In this document: positions 39,624 through 47,722 of the stretch, piece by piece
Layout: each line of letters begins with the position of its first letter
How positions within the stretch are numbered: the first letter of the stretch is position 1
From: Cyanobacteriota bacterium
Lineage (GTDB): Bacteria > Cyanobacteriota > Cyanobacteriia > PCC-6307 > Cyanobiaceae
Direction: 5' to 3'
NCBI GenBank assembly: GCA_046052125.1
Contig: JBJOMY010000003.1
Coordinates: 32,001 to 96,000 of the forward strand
DNA: 64,000 nt
Notes under the pieces: model-generated
What the model was told of the DNA's origin: nothing
Databases searched by the model: none
The model's input: the letters and a program-made list of their open reading frames with translations, nothing else
Program-made: the position numbers and the translations under genes

Positions 39624-39720
39624 GCCCCGGACGACACGCCCTGGCAAGGGTCGGCGTAGCCGACTCGCGTCAGCCCTTGCCAGGGTGGGGCGAGCAGGGC
39701 GCAGCCCTGCGCTCCGGGGC
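39624..39720. other. multi-stem foldback, GCAAGG/CCTTGC core family
   Basis: CCCTGGCAAGGG (39639-50) / CCCTTGCCAGGG (39674-85); inner GTCGGC-GTA-GCCGAC; outer GCCCCGGA/TCCGGGGC. Confidence 0.6.
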
Positions 39721-39805
39721 AGTGCTGGTGATTCCTCGCCGACCCCATGGCCGGACGGCTGCCGGGGCCTGGTTGAGACAGCAGCCGCAACACCGGCTGT
39801 AGAAC

Positions 39806-40486
39806 GTGGCGATGACGGCTCCTGAGAACGCCCACAGCCAGCGCTACACCGATGCCCTGGGCTGGGCGGCTGAGCTGCACCGCGGTCAGCGTCGCAAGGG
39901 CAAGCCGGTTCCTTACATCGCCCACCTGATCGCCGTGAGTGCTCTGGTGTGGGAGGACGGCGGCAGCGAAAACCAGGCGATTGCGGCTCTGCTGCACGAC
40001 GCCATCGAGGATGCGGGTCAGAGCCAGGCCTCGATTGCCGCACGCTTTGGCGAGGAGGTGGCCGCGATCGTGGTGGACTGCACCGACACAGCTGGCCCCG
40101 TGGAGCCCGGCGCCGAAAAGGAACCCTGGCTGCTGCGCAAGACCCGCTATCTCGCCTCGCTGGAGGAGAAGCCGCAGACCTCTTTGCTGGTGACGGCAGC
40201 CGACAAGGCCCACAACGCCCGCGACCTGGTGCTCGATGCCCGCAGCCACCCTGGTGGCTGGGAGCGTTTCACGGCGGGGCTGGAGGGCAGCGCCTGGTAT
40301 CTGCTGCGCGTTCAGCAGGCCCTGAGCCATCGCTTGCCGGAGAGTCGCTCCACCGCCCTACTGGCAGAAGCTGTGCAAGAACTGCTGAGCAGCGAGCCCT
40401 ACCGGCGCCTGGTGCCCCATGGCATCGCTCCGGCGGTGTGGGCCGCCAGCTACCTGGAGCGGCCAGAGGCCCATCCCCAGCCTTGA
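39806..40486 (+). CDS. HD-domain small alarmone hydrolase (Mesh1/SpoT-hydrolase-like)
   Basis: H.GQRRK..PYIAHLIAV, AALLHDAIED, ADKAHNAR. Confidence 0.85.
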   Translation: MAMTAPENAHSQRYTDALGWAAELHRGQRRKGKPVPYIAHLIAVSALVWEDGGSENQAIAALLHDAIEDAGQSQASIAARFGEEVAAIVVDCTDTAGPVEPGAEKEPWLLRKTRYLASLEEKPQTSLLVTAADKAHNARDLVLDARSHPGGWERFTAGLEGSAWYLLRVQQALSHRLPESRSTALLAEAVQELLSSEPYRRLVPHGIAPAVWAASYLERPEAHPQP

Positions 40487-40525
40487 ACGTCCTGCGGCCG
40501 TTCTCAGCGCTGCGGCCAGACTGGT

Positions 40526-40783
40526 TCAGTTGTCTGGATCGCGGCGTCGGCCGCTGACGATGCTGCCGCCACCGAGCAAGGCCAGGCTGGTTCCAACCGC
40601 CGCCTCAAAGGTCTGCTGCAGGTTCTCGGCGTAGCTGCTGCACACCGGGCCAAGCCGCCGCTGCAGACCAAGCCAGAAGCAACCGCCCAGGCCAGCGGCA
40701 TAGAGCGCGAACTGGGCGATGAAGACCCCCGCCACCGCCCGCAACAGAAAGCGCTCGCGATCAAATCCATCGCCACCAGCCAT
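40526..40783 (-). CDS. small two-TM protein, holin candidate
   Basis: Two hydrophobic segments and a basic C-tail; directly downstream of the peptidase. Confidence 0.5.
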   Translation of the reverse strand: MAGGDGFDRERFLLRAVAGVFIAQFALYAAGLGGCFWLGLQRRLGPVCSSYAENLQQTFEAAVGTSLALLGGGSIVSGRRRDPDN

Positions 40784-40800
40784 GGCTGTGCTCCTTGGGG

Positions 40801-41547
40801 TCAGGGTTGGCAGGTGAGCAGCCAGCCGGTGCCGGGGCCATCGGCCTGCCAGCGCGGCAGCCAGTTCTTCCAGCTGTAGTGCTGCCCTGCTCCATTGGTG
40901 TTGGCGGTGTAGCCGCCGTGGACCAGGTCGGCCTCACCGTTGGGGTCGTTGTGGATGGCGACTGTCTCGGTGAAACCGATCACCACGCTCCAGTGACCGC
41001 CGCCGCTGGGTGCAGAAGCGGGGCCGTGGTGCAGCCAGCCCACTGCGACCGGTCGCCCCAGGTTGATCTGTTCCTCCAGCGTTGCGCGCTGGCCGTTGGT
41101 GGCGAAGTGGGCAGTCAGCCCCAGGGATCGCAACGCCGCCAACTGAGCTTCTGCCGAGGTGGTGTCGCCATAGCGGGCACGGATGACGTTGTAGGCGTCA
41201 TCGCCACTGACCTTGCCCCAGAAGCGGGCGAGCATGGCGCAGCTGCTGGAGAAGCACTCGCGGTAGCCAGTGCCTGAAGCGTTGTCGTTCTGGTTCTCCC
41301 AGGCCACCGGCAGCGGATTGGCATGGGCCGGGGCTGGGGGAGCTGATGAAAAGGTCTGCCGCCATGGGGCGGCCTCGGTGAGGACCTGTGGATCGGCCGC
41401 CATGACCGCCAGCCGCAATTGCTCGATGCCGGCGAGCTGCTGAGGCTGACCCTTCCAGTGGTCCCAGAACTGACGCCAGCGCTCAGCGCTGAACGGCGCC
41501 TGGTCACCAGGCGCGACGGCAGCCGGAGTGGGAGAGCTTGGAGACAT
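40801..41547 (-). CDS. C39-like cysteine peptidase (probable endolysin)
   Basis: Q.DN..RECFSSSCAM, GHWSVVIG, HNDPNG (Cys-His-Asp). Confidence 0.8.
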   Translation of the reverse strand: MSPSSPTPAAVAPGDQAPFSAERWRQFWDHWKGQPQQLAGIEQLRLAVMAADPQVLTEAAPWRQTFSSAPPAPAHANPLPVAWENQNDNASGTGYRECFSSSCAMLARFWGKVSGDDAYNVIRARYGDTTSAEAQLAALRSLGLTAHFATNGQRATLEEQINLGRPVAVGWLHHGPASAPSGGGHWSVVIGFTETVAIHNDPNGEADLVHGGYTANTNGAGQHYSWKNWLPRWQADGPGTGWLLTCQP

Positions 41548-41567
41548 GGCAGCAGGGCAGTCCTCTG

Positions 41568-41576
41568 CTGTTGCCG
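41568..41576 (-). promoter_or_regulatory. candidate late promoter CGGCAACAG
   Basis: 20 nt upstream of ATG 41547 on the minus strand. Confidence 0.5.
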
Positions 41577-41681
41577 CAGCATCCATCCACTGATCAAGGC
41601 CTGCCTGCGTGTCACCTGTCGGGCTGCTTGAGACCGCCGCGCCCGTGATACCTGCGGTTCAGATTGCTTAGCCTGGGGGCC

Positions 41682-41900
41682 ATGACCAACCCCCAGCTCA
41701 CCGAGAACCTGCTCGCCGTGATCCGCAGCCTGCCGGCTGACGATCGCCGCTGGCTGCTCAGGCAGCTGGAGCAGGACAACAGTGACCTGAGTCACGGTGC
41801 CCTGGCTGAGATGGCGATGGCCGGGGGAGCCTTTGACGACCTGGCCGCTGAACCTGAGCTCTACAGCTTCTCCGACGGAGAAGCGATCGTTGCCGGCTGA
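41682..41900 (+). CDS. antitoxin candidate
   Basis: Small, acidic C-terminus (FDDLAAEPELYS); TGATG-coupled to the toxin. Confidence 0.7.
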   Translation: MTNPQLTENLLAVIRSLPADDRRWLLRQLEQDNSDLSHGALAEMAMAGGAFDDLAAEPELYSFSDGEAIVAG

Positions 41901-42247
41901 TGCTCAGCCGCTACGACATCGTGCTTGTCGCCTTCCCTTTCACGGATGGGCCGGCGGCCAAGCCTCGCCCGGCTTTGGTGATCACCACCAGTGATCGCCA
42001 TGGGGATGTGCTGCTGGCCTTCATCAGCTCCAACATCAGCGGCCCAACGGCCAGCGATGAGCTCGACATCCCAGCCGACCATCCAGGCTTCTCAGACACC
42101 GGCCTGAAGGTGAGCTCAAGGCTGCGGCTCAGCCGCATGACAACGCTGGCCATGCCACTCGTGAAACGGCGCATCGGACGACTGCCGCTGGCCTTGCAGA
42201 CGAACTGCCAGCAGGTGCTGCAGCGGGTGATCGGCGCCCAAGGCTGA
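41900..42247 (+). CDS. PemK/MazF family toxin
   Basis: DIVLVAFPFTD..KPRPALVI, FISS, TGLKVSS.LRL. Confidence 0.88.
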   Translation: MLSRYDIVLVAFPFTDGPAAKPRPALVITTSDRHGDVLLAFISSNISGPTASDELDIPADHPGFSDTGLKVSSRLRLSRMTTLAMPLVKRRIGRLPLALQTNCQQVLQRVIGAQG

Positions 42248-42278
42248 ACGCTCTCCTGTGGGGCAGTTCGTGTCGCCT

Positions 42279-42287
42279 CGGCAATAG
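42279..42287 (+). promoter_or_regulatory. candidate late promoter CGGCAATAG
   Basis: Intergenic, upstream of the capsid gene. Confidence 0.5.
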
Positions 42288-42323
42288 CCCCTGACATCAA
42301 TGGGGCCCGGCCCCACCTGTGCC

Positions 42324-43253
42324 ATGGGCCTCACCCTGATCGAGGCAGCCAAATACGAGCACCGGCTTGAGCACCTGGCTGTGCTCAAGACCTTCTCGGA
42401 GGGCGAACTGCTCGCCCGGCTGCCGTTCATGAACATCGCCGGCAGCGGCCTCTTCTATTCCGCCGAGCAGGAGCTGCCCTCGGTGGGCTTCCGCGCCGTG
42501 AACGAGGGCTACACCCAGAGCTACGGCGTGGTGGATCAGCGCGCAGAAGCGGTGCACCTCTTTGGTGGTGATGTGGATGTGGACCGCTCGATCGTGGACC
42601 TGATGGGCCCTGAGGCCCGCGCCAGCCAGATCGAGATGAAGGTGCGCTCGATGCGCCTCACCCTGGAGGCGACCGTGATCAACGGCGACACCGCCAGCAA
42701 CCCCCGCGCCTTTGACGGCTTGAGCAAGCGCCTGCCGCCCGGCAACCCGATGGCGATCAACAACGCCTCCGGTGCCATTCCCGGTGCGCCGCTGAATTTC
42801 GATCGGCTTGATGAGCTGATCGATTCAGTGAATGCCTACGGCGGCAGCAAGGTGCTGGTGATGAGCAAGGCGATGCGCCGCCAGCTCAATGCTCTCGCCC
42901 GCGCCTCCATCGGCGGTGGTGTGTACCAGACCAGCACCAACTCCTACGGGATGACGGTGCACCGCTACCAGGACTGCGACATCCTCACCGTCGACCGCGA
43001 TGCCCAGGGCGTCGAGGTGATGGGCTACGACGAGGCGGGCGGCACCAGCTCGATCTACTGCTGCACCTTTGGCGATCAGGGCGTGACCGGCCTGCAGGGC
43101 CCGTTCCAGGGCCGCTATGGGATCTCGGTGCGGGACCTGGGCGAGGTGCCCGATGCCCCGGTGTTCCGCACCCGCGTGGATTGGTACGTGGGCTTTGCCG
43201 TGCTGCAGCCCCGCGCCGCCGGCCGTCTGTTCAACATCACCCCCGCTGCCTGA
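42324..43253 (+). CDS. major capsid protein (HK97 fold)
   Basis: LTLIEAAK, LPF, LPSVGFRAVNEG, DVDVDR, INGD..FDGL, RTRVDWYVG..AAGRL.NI. Confidence 0.85.
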   Translation: MGLTLIEAAKYEHRLEHLAVLKTFSEGELLARLPFMNIAGSGLFYSAEQELPSVGFRAVNEGYTQSYGVVDQRAEAVHLFGGDVDVDRSIVDLMGPEARASQIEMKVRSMRLTLEATVINGDTASNPRAFDGLSKRLPPGNPMAINNASGAIPGAPLNFDRLDELIDSVNAYGGSKVLVMSKAMRRQLNALARASIGGGVYQTSTNSYGMTVHRYQDCDILTVDRDAQGVEVMGYDEAGGTSSIYCCTFGDQGVTGLQGPFQGRYGISVRDLGEVPDAPVFRTRVDWYVGFAVLQPRAAGRLFNITPAA

Positions 43254-43256
43254 GCC

Positions 43257-43694
43257 ATGGCCCTCACAAACGGCAACCCCTTGATCGATGCGGAGACCAC
43301 CCTGGTGGGCTGGACCAACCGCAGCGCCATCCGCAACACAGAGCACACCTTCCTCTCCGGAGAGGAGGTGCTGCTCAACACCAAGCTCGATGCGGCCTCC
43401 CGCTTCTCGCTGGTGGCCTCCCATCCCGGCGCGCCTGCCGCGGTGGAGGTGGAACTGCTGCTGGCACCGGTACTGCGCGATGGCACCACCGGCAGCTGGA
43501 TCAGTGCCGTCCGCGTTGCCCTACCGGCAGAAGGCGGCCGGGTGGAGGCATTTCTTTCCGGCCATGACATCCAGATCACACCGGCGGATCTGCCCAACCT
43601 CGATCTGCCGGCGGTGTGTTTCGCCAAGGCGCTCGTGACCCCGACCACCCCGGCGGGCATGCACGCGGGCCTGACGGCCACGATTGCGGCCTGA
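43257..43694 (+). CDS. capsid cement/decoration protein candidate
   Basis: 145-aa beta-rich protein directly after the MCP. Confidence 0.5.
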   Translation: MALTNGNPLIDAETTLVGWTNRSAIRNTEHTFLSGEEVLLNTKLDAASRFSLVASHPGAPAAVEVELLLAPVLRDGTTGSWISAVRVALPAEGGRVEAFLSGHDIQITPADLPNLDLPAVCFAKALVTPTTPAGMHAGLTATIAA

Positions 43695-43698
43695 GCCC

Positions 43699-44121
43699 AT
43701 GGCCCGCAAACGCTCCACCAGCCCTGCAGAGGAACCGGCAGCCGAGGAGCAGCCGGCGCAGCCCACGCCGATCGAGCTTCCACCCGCCGCCGCAACCCGC
43801 CACGACCTGGGGGATCCCACCGTGCCGGCCGGCCTGGTGCGCATCAGCAACGGCAGCGGTGAGCGCTTCATCTGGCCGGTGCACCTGGGCGGCTGGCAAC
43901 AACAGGGCTGGACCCTGATCGCTGCCGCCACCGGCCTTCAGATCACGCCGGCACCAACAGCGCCTGCAGCAGTGATCGAGGTGCCGCTGGCCGCAGCAAC
44001 GCCAGAGGCGAGCACAGTCGAACCAATCCCAGACGACGCCGAGTCCGAGTTGGCAGCCACCTGGGAGCTGGAAAGCAGCGCCACAAGCGAGGCGCTGCTG
44101 CTCGACGACCCGCTGCTTTGA
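43699..44121 (+). CDS. hypothetical virion-associated protein
   Basis: Disordered flanks around LVRISNGSGERFIWPVHLGGWQQQGW. Confidence 0.6.
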   Translation: MARKRSTSPAEEPAAEEQPAQPTPIELPPAAATRHDLGDPTVPAGLVRISNGSGERFIWPVHLGGWQQQGWTLIAAATGLQITPAPTAPAAVIEVPLAAATPEASTVEPIPDDAESELAATWELESSATSEALLLDDPLL

Positions 44122-44124
44122 GGG

Positions 44125-44913
44125 GTGATCGCTTCCGTGCGCTCCTTTCTTCCCTCCCAAGCGAGCAGCACGGCAGCCAGCCCGCAGCTGATTCGCGTGC
44201 TGCCTCCTCTGGGCTGCCCGGGCGAGAGCGTGTGGGTGCCTCCCGTGGAGGTGAGCCGCTGGGAGCAGCAGGGCTACCGCCGCGCTCCCATCCCCGCCGC
44301 ACCGCTGGAGTTGGCCTGGCTGCCGGATGCGCCTGTGCCCCTGGACCCAGCTGGCAGCACCGCGGTGTTGCTGCTGCTCCAGGCCCGGCCACCGTTGCCA
44401 ACGGCGCTGTCGCTGGATTGGGGTGACGGCAGCGTTGAAACCTGGCCCTGGCCCCGCGGCGACAATGCGCCGCGGCTCCGCCATGCCTATACCTGCGCCC
44501 AGGACTGGCAGGTTTCGGCAGAACTGAGCGGCAGCGGCATCAGCGCCGAGCTGGCGGTGCATCTGCTGGGCTGCCCGATTTGGCCGCCACCGCCACCCCT
44601 GCCGCCGGGGGCGATTCAGCCGCTCATCCCCGGCAGTGGCCTGCTCGGCCAACCGTTTGATGGCCGGCGCCGCGAGCAGTGGCAGCTGCAGCGCTGGAGT
44701 GGCGGCACCAGCAGCGGCGGCGTACCAGCCAGCGATGGCTCCAGCACCCGCTTCCTGCGGGCCGATGGCCTCTGGGCCACCCCGCCGGGCAGTGGCGGTG
44801 GCACCCGCTGGTGGAGCGGCGAGGGGCCACCCGGAGTGCTCCCTGATGCCCAAGCGGGTGACTTCTATCTCGACACCCGCAGCGGTGATCTCTACCAACT
44901 GGAGCTGAGCTGA
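44125..44913 (+). CDS. PKD-like domain protein with C-terminal fibre half-motif
   Basis: LDWGDGS..HAY (PKD), TRFLRADGLWATP, WWSGEGPP..GDFYLDTRSGDLY. Confidence 0.65.
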   Translation: MIASVRSFLPSQASSTAASPQLIRVLPPLGCPGESVWVPPVEVSRWEQQGYRRAPIPAAPLELAWLPDAPVPLDPAGSTAVLLLLQARPPLPTALSLDWGDGSVETWPWPRGDNAPRLRHAYTCAQDWQVSAELSGSGISAELAVHLLGCPIWPPPPPLPPGAIQPLIPGSGLLGQPFDGRRREQWQLQRWSGGTSSGGVPASDGSSTRFLRADGLWATPPGSGGGTRWWSGEGPPGVLPDAQAGDFYLDTRSGDLYQLELS

Positions 44914-45380
44914 TGCCCTGGACCCACAGCACCAACCTCAAGGGGCCTTCGATGCTGCGGCTGGCGCGGCTACCGGCGGCGCTGAGCACCAGCTCCGGCA
45001 CCAGTTGGCTCACCTTGTTCACCACACCGCTGGCGGCGCAGCAGGTGCTCTCCTTTGCGGCGGAGCTCTACTTCTCCAGCGGCGCCAACAACACCGGCCT
45101 GGTGACCACCCTCTCTGGCCCCGCCGGGCCGCATGCGGTGATTCACAACCTGGTGACGGGTGAATCGCTCACCACCTTCCGCAACCTCACCGCCAGCAGC
45201 TACGACACGCCCCTGATCGGCACCAGCTCCGCCGGCAGTTCGGTGCTCAGGGCTCAGGTGAGCGGCACGGTGGAGAACGGCGCCAATGCCGGCAACCTCA
45301 GCCTGCGTTTTCGCTCAGAGGTGGCCGGCACCGCGGTGACAGTGCTGCGCGGCTCCTGGTGGCAAGTGCTGCAGCACTGA
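44913..45380 (+). CDS. fibre tip-like beta-sandwich protein
   Basis: N-terminal MPWTHSTNLKGP; C-terminal GNLSLRFRSEVAGTAVTVLRGS. Confidence 0.6.
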   Translation: MPWTHSTNLKGPSMLRLARLPAALSTSSGTSWLTLFTTPLAAQQVLSFAAELYFSSGANNTGLVTTLSGPAGPHAVIHNLVTGESLTTFRNLTASSYDTPLIGTSSAGSSVLRAQVSGTVENGANAGNLSLRFRSEVAGTAVTVLRGSWWQVLQH

Positions 45381-45404
45381 GCTGCGTTCACTCCAGCTCA
45401 CCAA

Positions 45405-45413
45405 CGGCAATAG
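45405..45413 (+). promoter_or_regulatory. candidate late promoter CGGCAATAG
   Basis: Intergenic, 37 nt upstream of the collagen gene ATG. Confidence 0.5.
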
Positions 45414-45450
45414 GGAGTGTTCTCTCTGGCCCTTGGGCCGCTGCTCTGTC

Positions 45451-46011
45451 ATGGCCTGGATTCCCTCCGGTTCACTCAAGGGTCCGCACGGTGATCCCGG
45501 CCCCCAGGGCCCCCAGGGGGTGCAAGGCCAACCCGGTGCCGATGGTGCCCAGGGCGTGCAAGGCCCGCAGGGACCTGCGGGGATACAGGGCGTCGCCGGC
45601 CCAGAAGGACCCCAGGGCCAGCAGGGCATCCAGGGTGCCCCGGGTCTGGGCATCACCTTCAAGGGGCACGTGCCCACGGTGGCGGATCTGCCCGCCGATG
45701 CCGCCCAGGGCGATGCCTACATCGTGCAGGCCGATGACTCCTTCCGCGTCTGGGACGCCACCAGCAGCACCTGGGTGGATGGGGGTTCGATCCAGGGACC
45801 CCAGGGCATCGCCGGCCCGCAGGGACCGCAAGGCCTGCAGGGAGAGCCCGGCCCCCAGGGCCTGCAGGGGGTGGAGGGCCCCAGTGGCCCCCAGGGCAAC
45901 CGCGGCACCGGCTGGTTCACCGGCAGTGGCGCACCCACCACCATTTCCGGCTCCATGCCGGGTGATCTGTACCTGGATCAGACCAGCGGCGATGTGTACG
46001 TGCTGAGCTGA
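45451..46011 (+). CDS. collagen-like fibre protein
   Basis: Two Gly-X-Y tracts, internal FKG.V.TVADLP..GDAYIV knob, C-terminal GDLYLDQTSGDVY. Confidence 0.85.
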   Translation: MAWIPSGSLKGPHGDPGPQGPQGVQGQPGADGAQGVQGPQGPAGIQGVAGPEGPQGQQGIQGAPGLGITFKGHVPTVADLPADAAQGDAYIVQADDSFRVWDATSSTWVDGGSIQGPQGIAGPQGPQGLQGEPGPQGLQGVEGPSGPQGNRGTGWFTGSGAPTTISGSMPGDLYLDQTSGDVYVLS

Positions 46012-46056
46012 GGCCCGGCGTGGCGTGCTGATCACGCCCGCCGAGCCGGGATGGGC

Positions 46057-46410
46057 TCAGGCCAGCATCAGCCGGCGCTGCGCCTCGAGCTGGGAGCGCC
46101 GCAGCAGCTCCTGCTCGGCCAGCAGCCGCTCATCGAGCTCATCGATGCGGGCCAGGCACTGCTGGATCGCGGGAATCACCTCTTCCTCCAGCAGGGTGAT
46201 CTCCTCTTCTCCATAGGGCTGCTCAATCCAGGTGCGCCGCAGCGCCAGCCCGCGCCGGCGCAGCAGGATCTCCTGCACGGAGCGGAGCGTGGATTCCAGC
46301 AACAGAAAGGGATCTTCCTCTGGTTTGCAGAACGCACCTTCCGGTGCGATAGGCCGGCAGAACGGTGATTCCGCGGAAGGCGGGATGCCAGCAGCAGAGC
46401 GTGTGGCCAT
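46057..46410 (-). CDS. hypothetical helical protein
   Basis: ATG start, coiled-coil C-terminus. Confidence 0.6.
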   Translation of the reverse strand: MATRSAAGIPPSAESPFCRPIAPEGAFCKPEEDPFLLLESTLRSVQEILLRRRGLALRRTWIEQPYGEEEITLLEEEVIPAIQQCLARIDELDERLLAEQELLRRSQLEAQRRLMLA

Positions 46411-46520
46411 GACGATCGGCGCCGAGAGCGGCGCAGCGACGGGACCGATCCCAGCGGAGGCCCGACCGCAGGAGGGCCTCAGACTGGAGAGGCCCCGAGC
46501 CAGCCAGCTTCAGGGTCGGC

Positions 46521-46997
46521 TCAAGGCAGTCGACGCGTCAGTTGCTGCAGGCGTTCCGCGGCCTGTGTGGCTTCCTGCAAGAGCTGATCCCAGTCGTCCG
46601 GCGGATGGCCGCTGGCCAGCATCGACTGGAACACCCGGTAGGCATCGCTCTTGCTGCCGTAGGCGCGCTTGGTGTCGGTGTCGTTGACCCAGCCCAACAC
46701 GATCAGCCGTGAGCGGGTGTGAAACCGGAAGAACAAGCGGTATTGCTGAAAGAACTTGGCGCGTCGCCAGTGGCGATGCGCAGCGCCAAGGGTTGATCCC
46801 TGCTGATACTCCTTGCGGCTGGGGTCCTGGGGGATGTCCTGGAGCATCAGGCGGGTGATGGCCGCCAGGCGCTTGCTGGCGTTTTTGCTGCCATAGCCCT
46901 GTGGATCCTTGGCGCGCAACGCCTCCACCTCAGCGATCAACGCGTCCAGCTGATCCAGAAACAAGGGATGCGCATAGATCGTCCATCCGTTGATCAC
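46521..46997 (-). CDS. yhaV: YhaV-family toxin
   Basis: INGWTIYAHPLF, YQQGSTLG..HWRRAKFFQQYRLFFRF, WVND..KRAYGSKSDAY. Confidence 0.92.
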   Translation of the reverse strand: MINGWTIYAHPLFLDQLDALIAEVEALRAKDPQGYGSKNASKRLAAITRLMLQDIPQDPSRKEYQQGSTLGAAHRHWRRAKFFQQYRLFFRFHTRSRLIVLGWVNDTDTKRAYGSKSDAYRVFQSMLASGHPPDDWDQLLQEATQAAERLQQLTRRLP

Positions 46998-47365
46998 GCG
47001 TCGTCTGGCAGCGCTTCCTCCAGATCAACCTCGATGCCGCCCACCAGATCCTGCAGCCGCTCAACCAGCTCGGCACCGATGGGCTGCAGCCGCTCGGGAT
47101 GGTTGGCGATGTCCTGCTCCAGCAGCGCCAGAAAGGGAGCCAGTGCCGGGTCGTCGTTGTCTGAATCTGCGCTGACCCGTTGCATCACCACCTCACCGTT
47201 GGCGCGGAAGGCGTAGCGGATGCGGTCGCGCTTGCGCAAACCAAGAGCCCGCCGCACCGGTTGCGGCACGGTGGTCTGATAGCGATCCGTGAGTGCCGAT
47301 TCCACCTCGTCCTGGGGGGTGCCCAGGGAGGCGCCAGCAACATCAGGAGTGGAAAGAGGAGCCAT
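46994..47365 (-). CDS. prlF: PrlF/SohA antitoxin
   Basis: SALTDRYQTTVPQPVRRALGL, DPAL..FL.LLEQDI..HPE, VDL. Confidence 0.9.
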   Translation of the reverse strand: MAPLSTPDVAGASLGTPQDEVESALTDRYQTTVPQPVRRALGLRKRDRIRYAFRANGEVVMQRVSADSDNDDPALAPFLALLEQDIANHPERLQPIGAELVERLQDLVGGIEVDLEEALPDDA

Positions 47366-47722
47366 CAGGCCGCCCGCTGAACCTGACACCAAAGTAATGC
47401 AGGTGCATTGCCTTGGCGAGGTTGGCGGCTCTGCGCACACGCCTCGGCGCCTTCCGATGGTCGCTCCTGTGCCTTTGGTTGCGCGGTGTTGTCACCCTTT
47501 TCACTAGGGCAGCGGCTCAGCCAGATCAGGCTGGTGGCCTGCATTTTCAGCTCACGCCATGCTCCGTATTCACGGCGACAGAAGCAGCCTTTTGGCAGCC
47601 CTGGCGGCCCACTGGGCCGAACAGCAACTGCAAATCCCGCCGTCGCTGCGGCCTGTGCTACGGCCGATCCACCGCCAGCCAAGGGGCGTGCGCTGAAGGA
47701 ACAGGCCGGAGCAATAAGGCCC

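Noticed and set aside
43576..44898. Long antisense ORFs (also 37-648, 916-1911, 59586-60659)
   Set aside because: Shadows of high-GC genes on the opposite strand; no motifs
44895..44925. Programmed -1 frameshift fusing 44125 to 44913
   Set aside because: No slippery heptamer; TGATG is ordinary translational coupling, and the same split recurs at both ends of 45451
45480..45900. GGCCCCCAG-type tandem DNA repeats
   Set aside because: Explained by Gly-Pro-Gln collagen codons
42324..46011. Diversity-generating retroelement acting on the fibre tip
   Set aside because: No reverse transcriptase and no TR/VR pair seen
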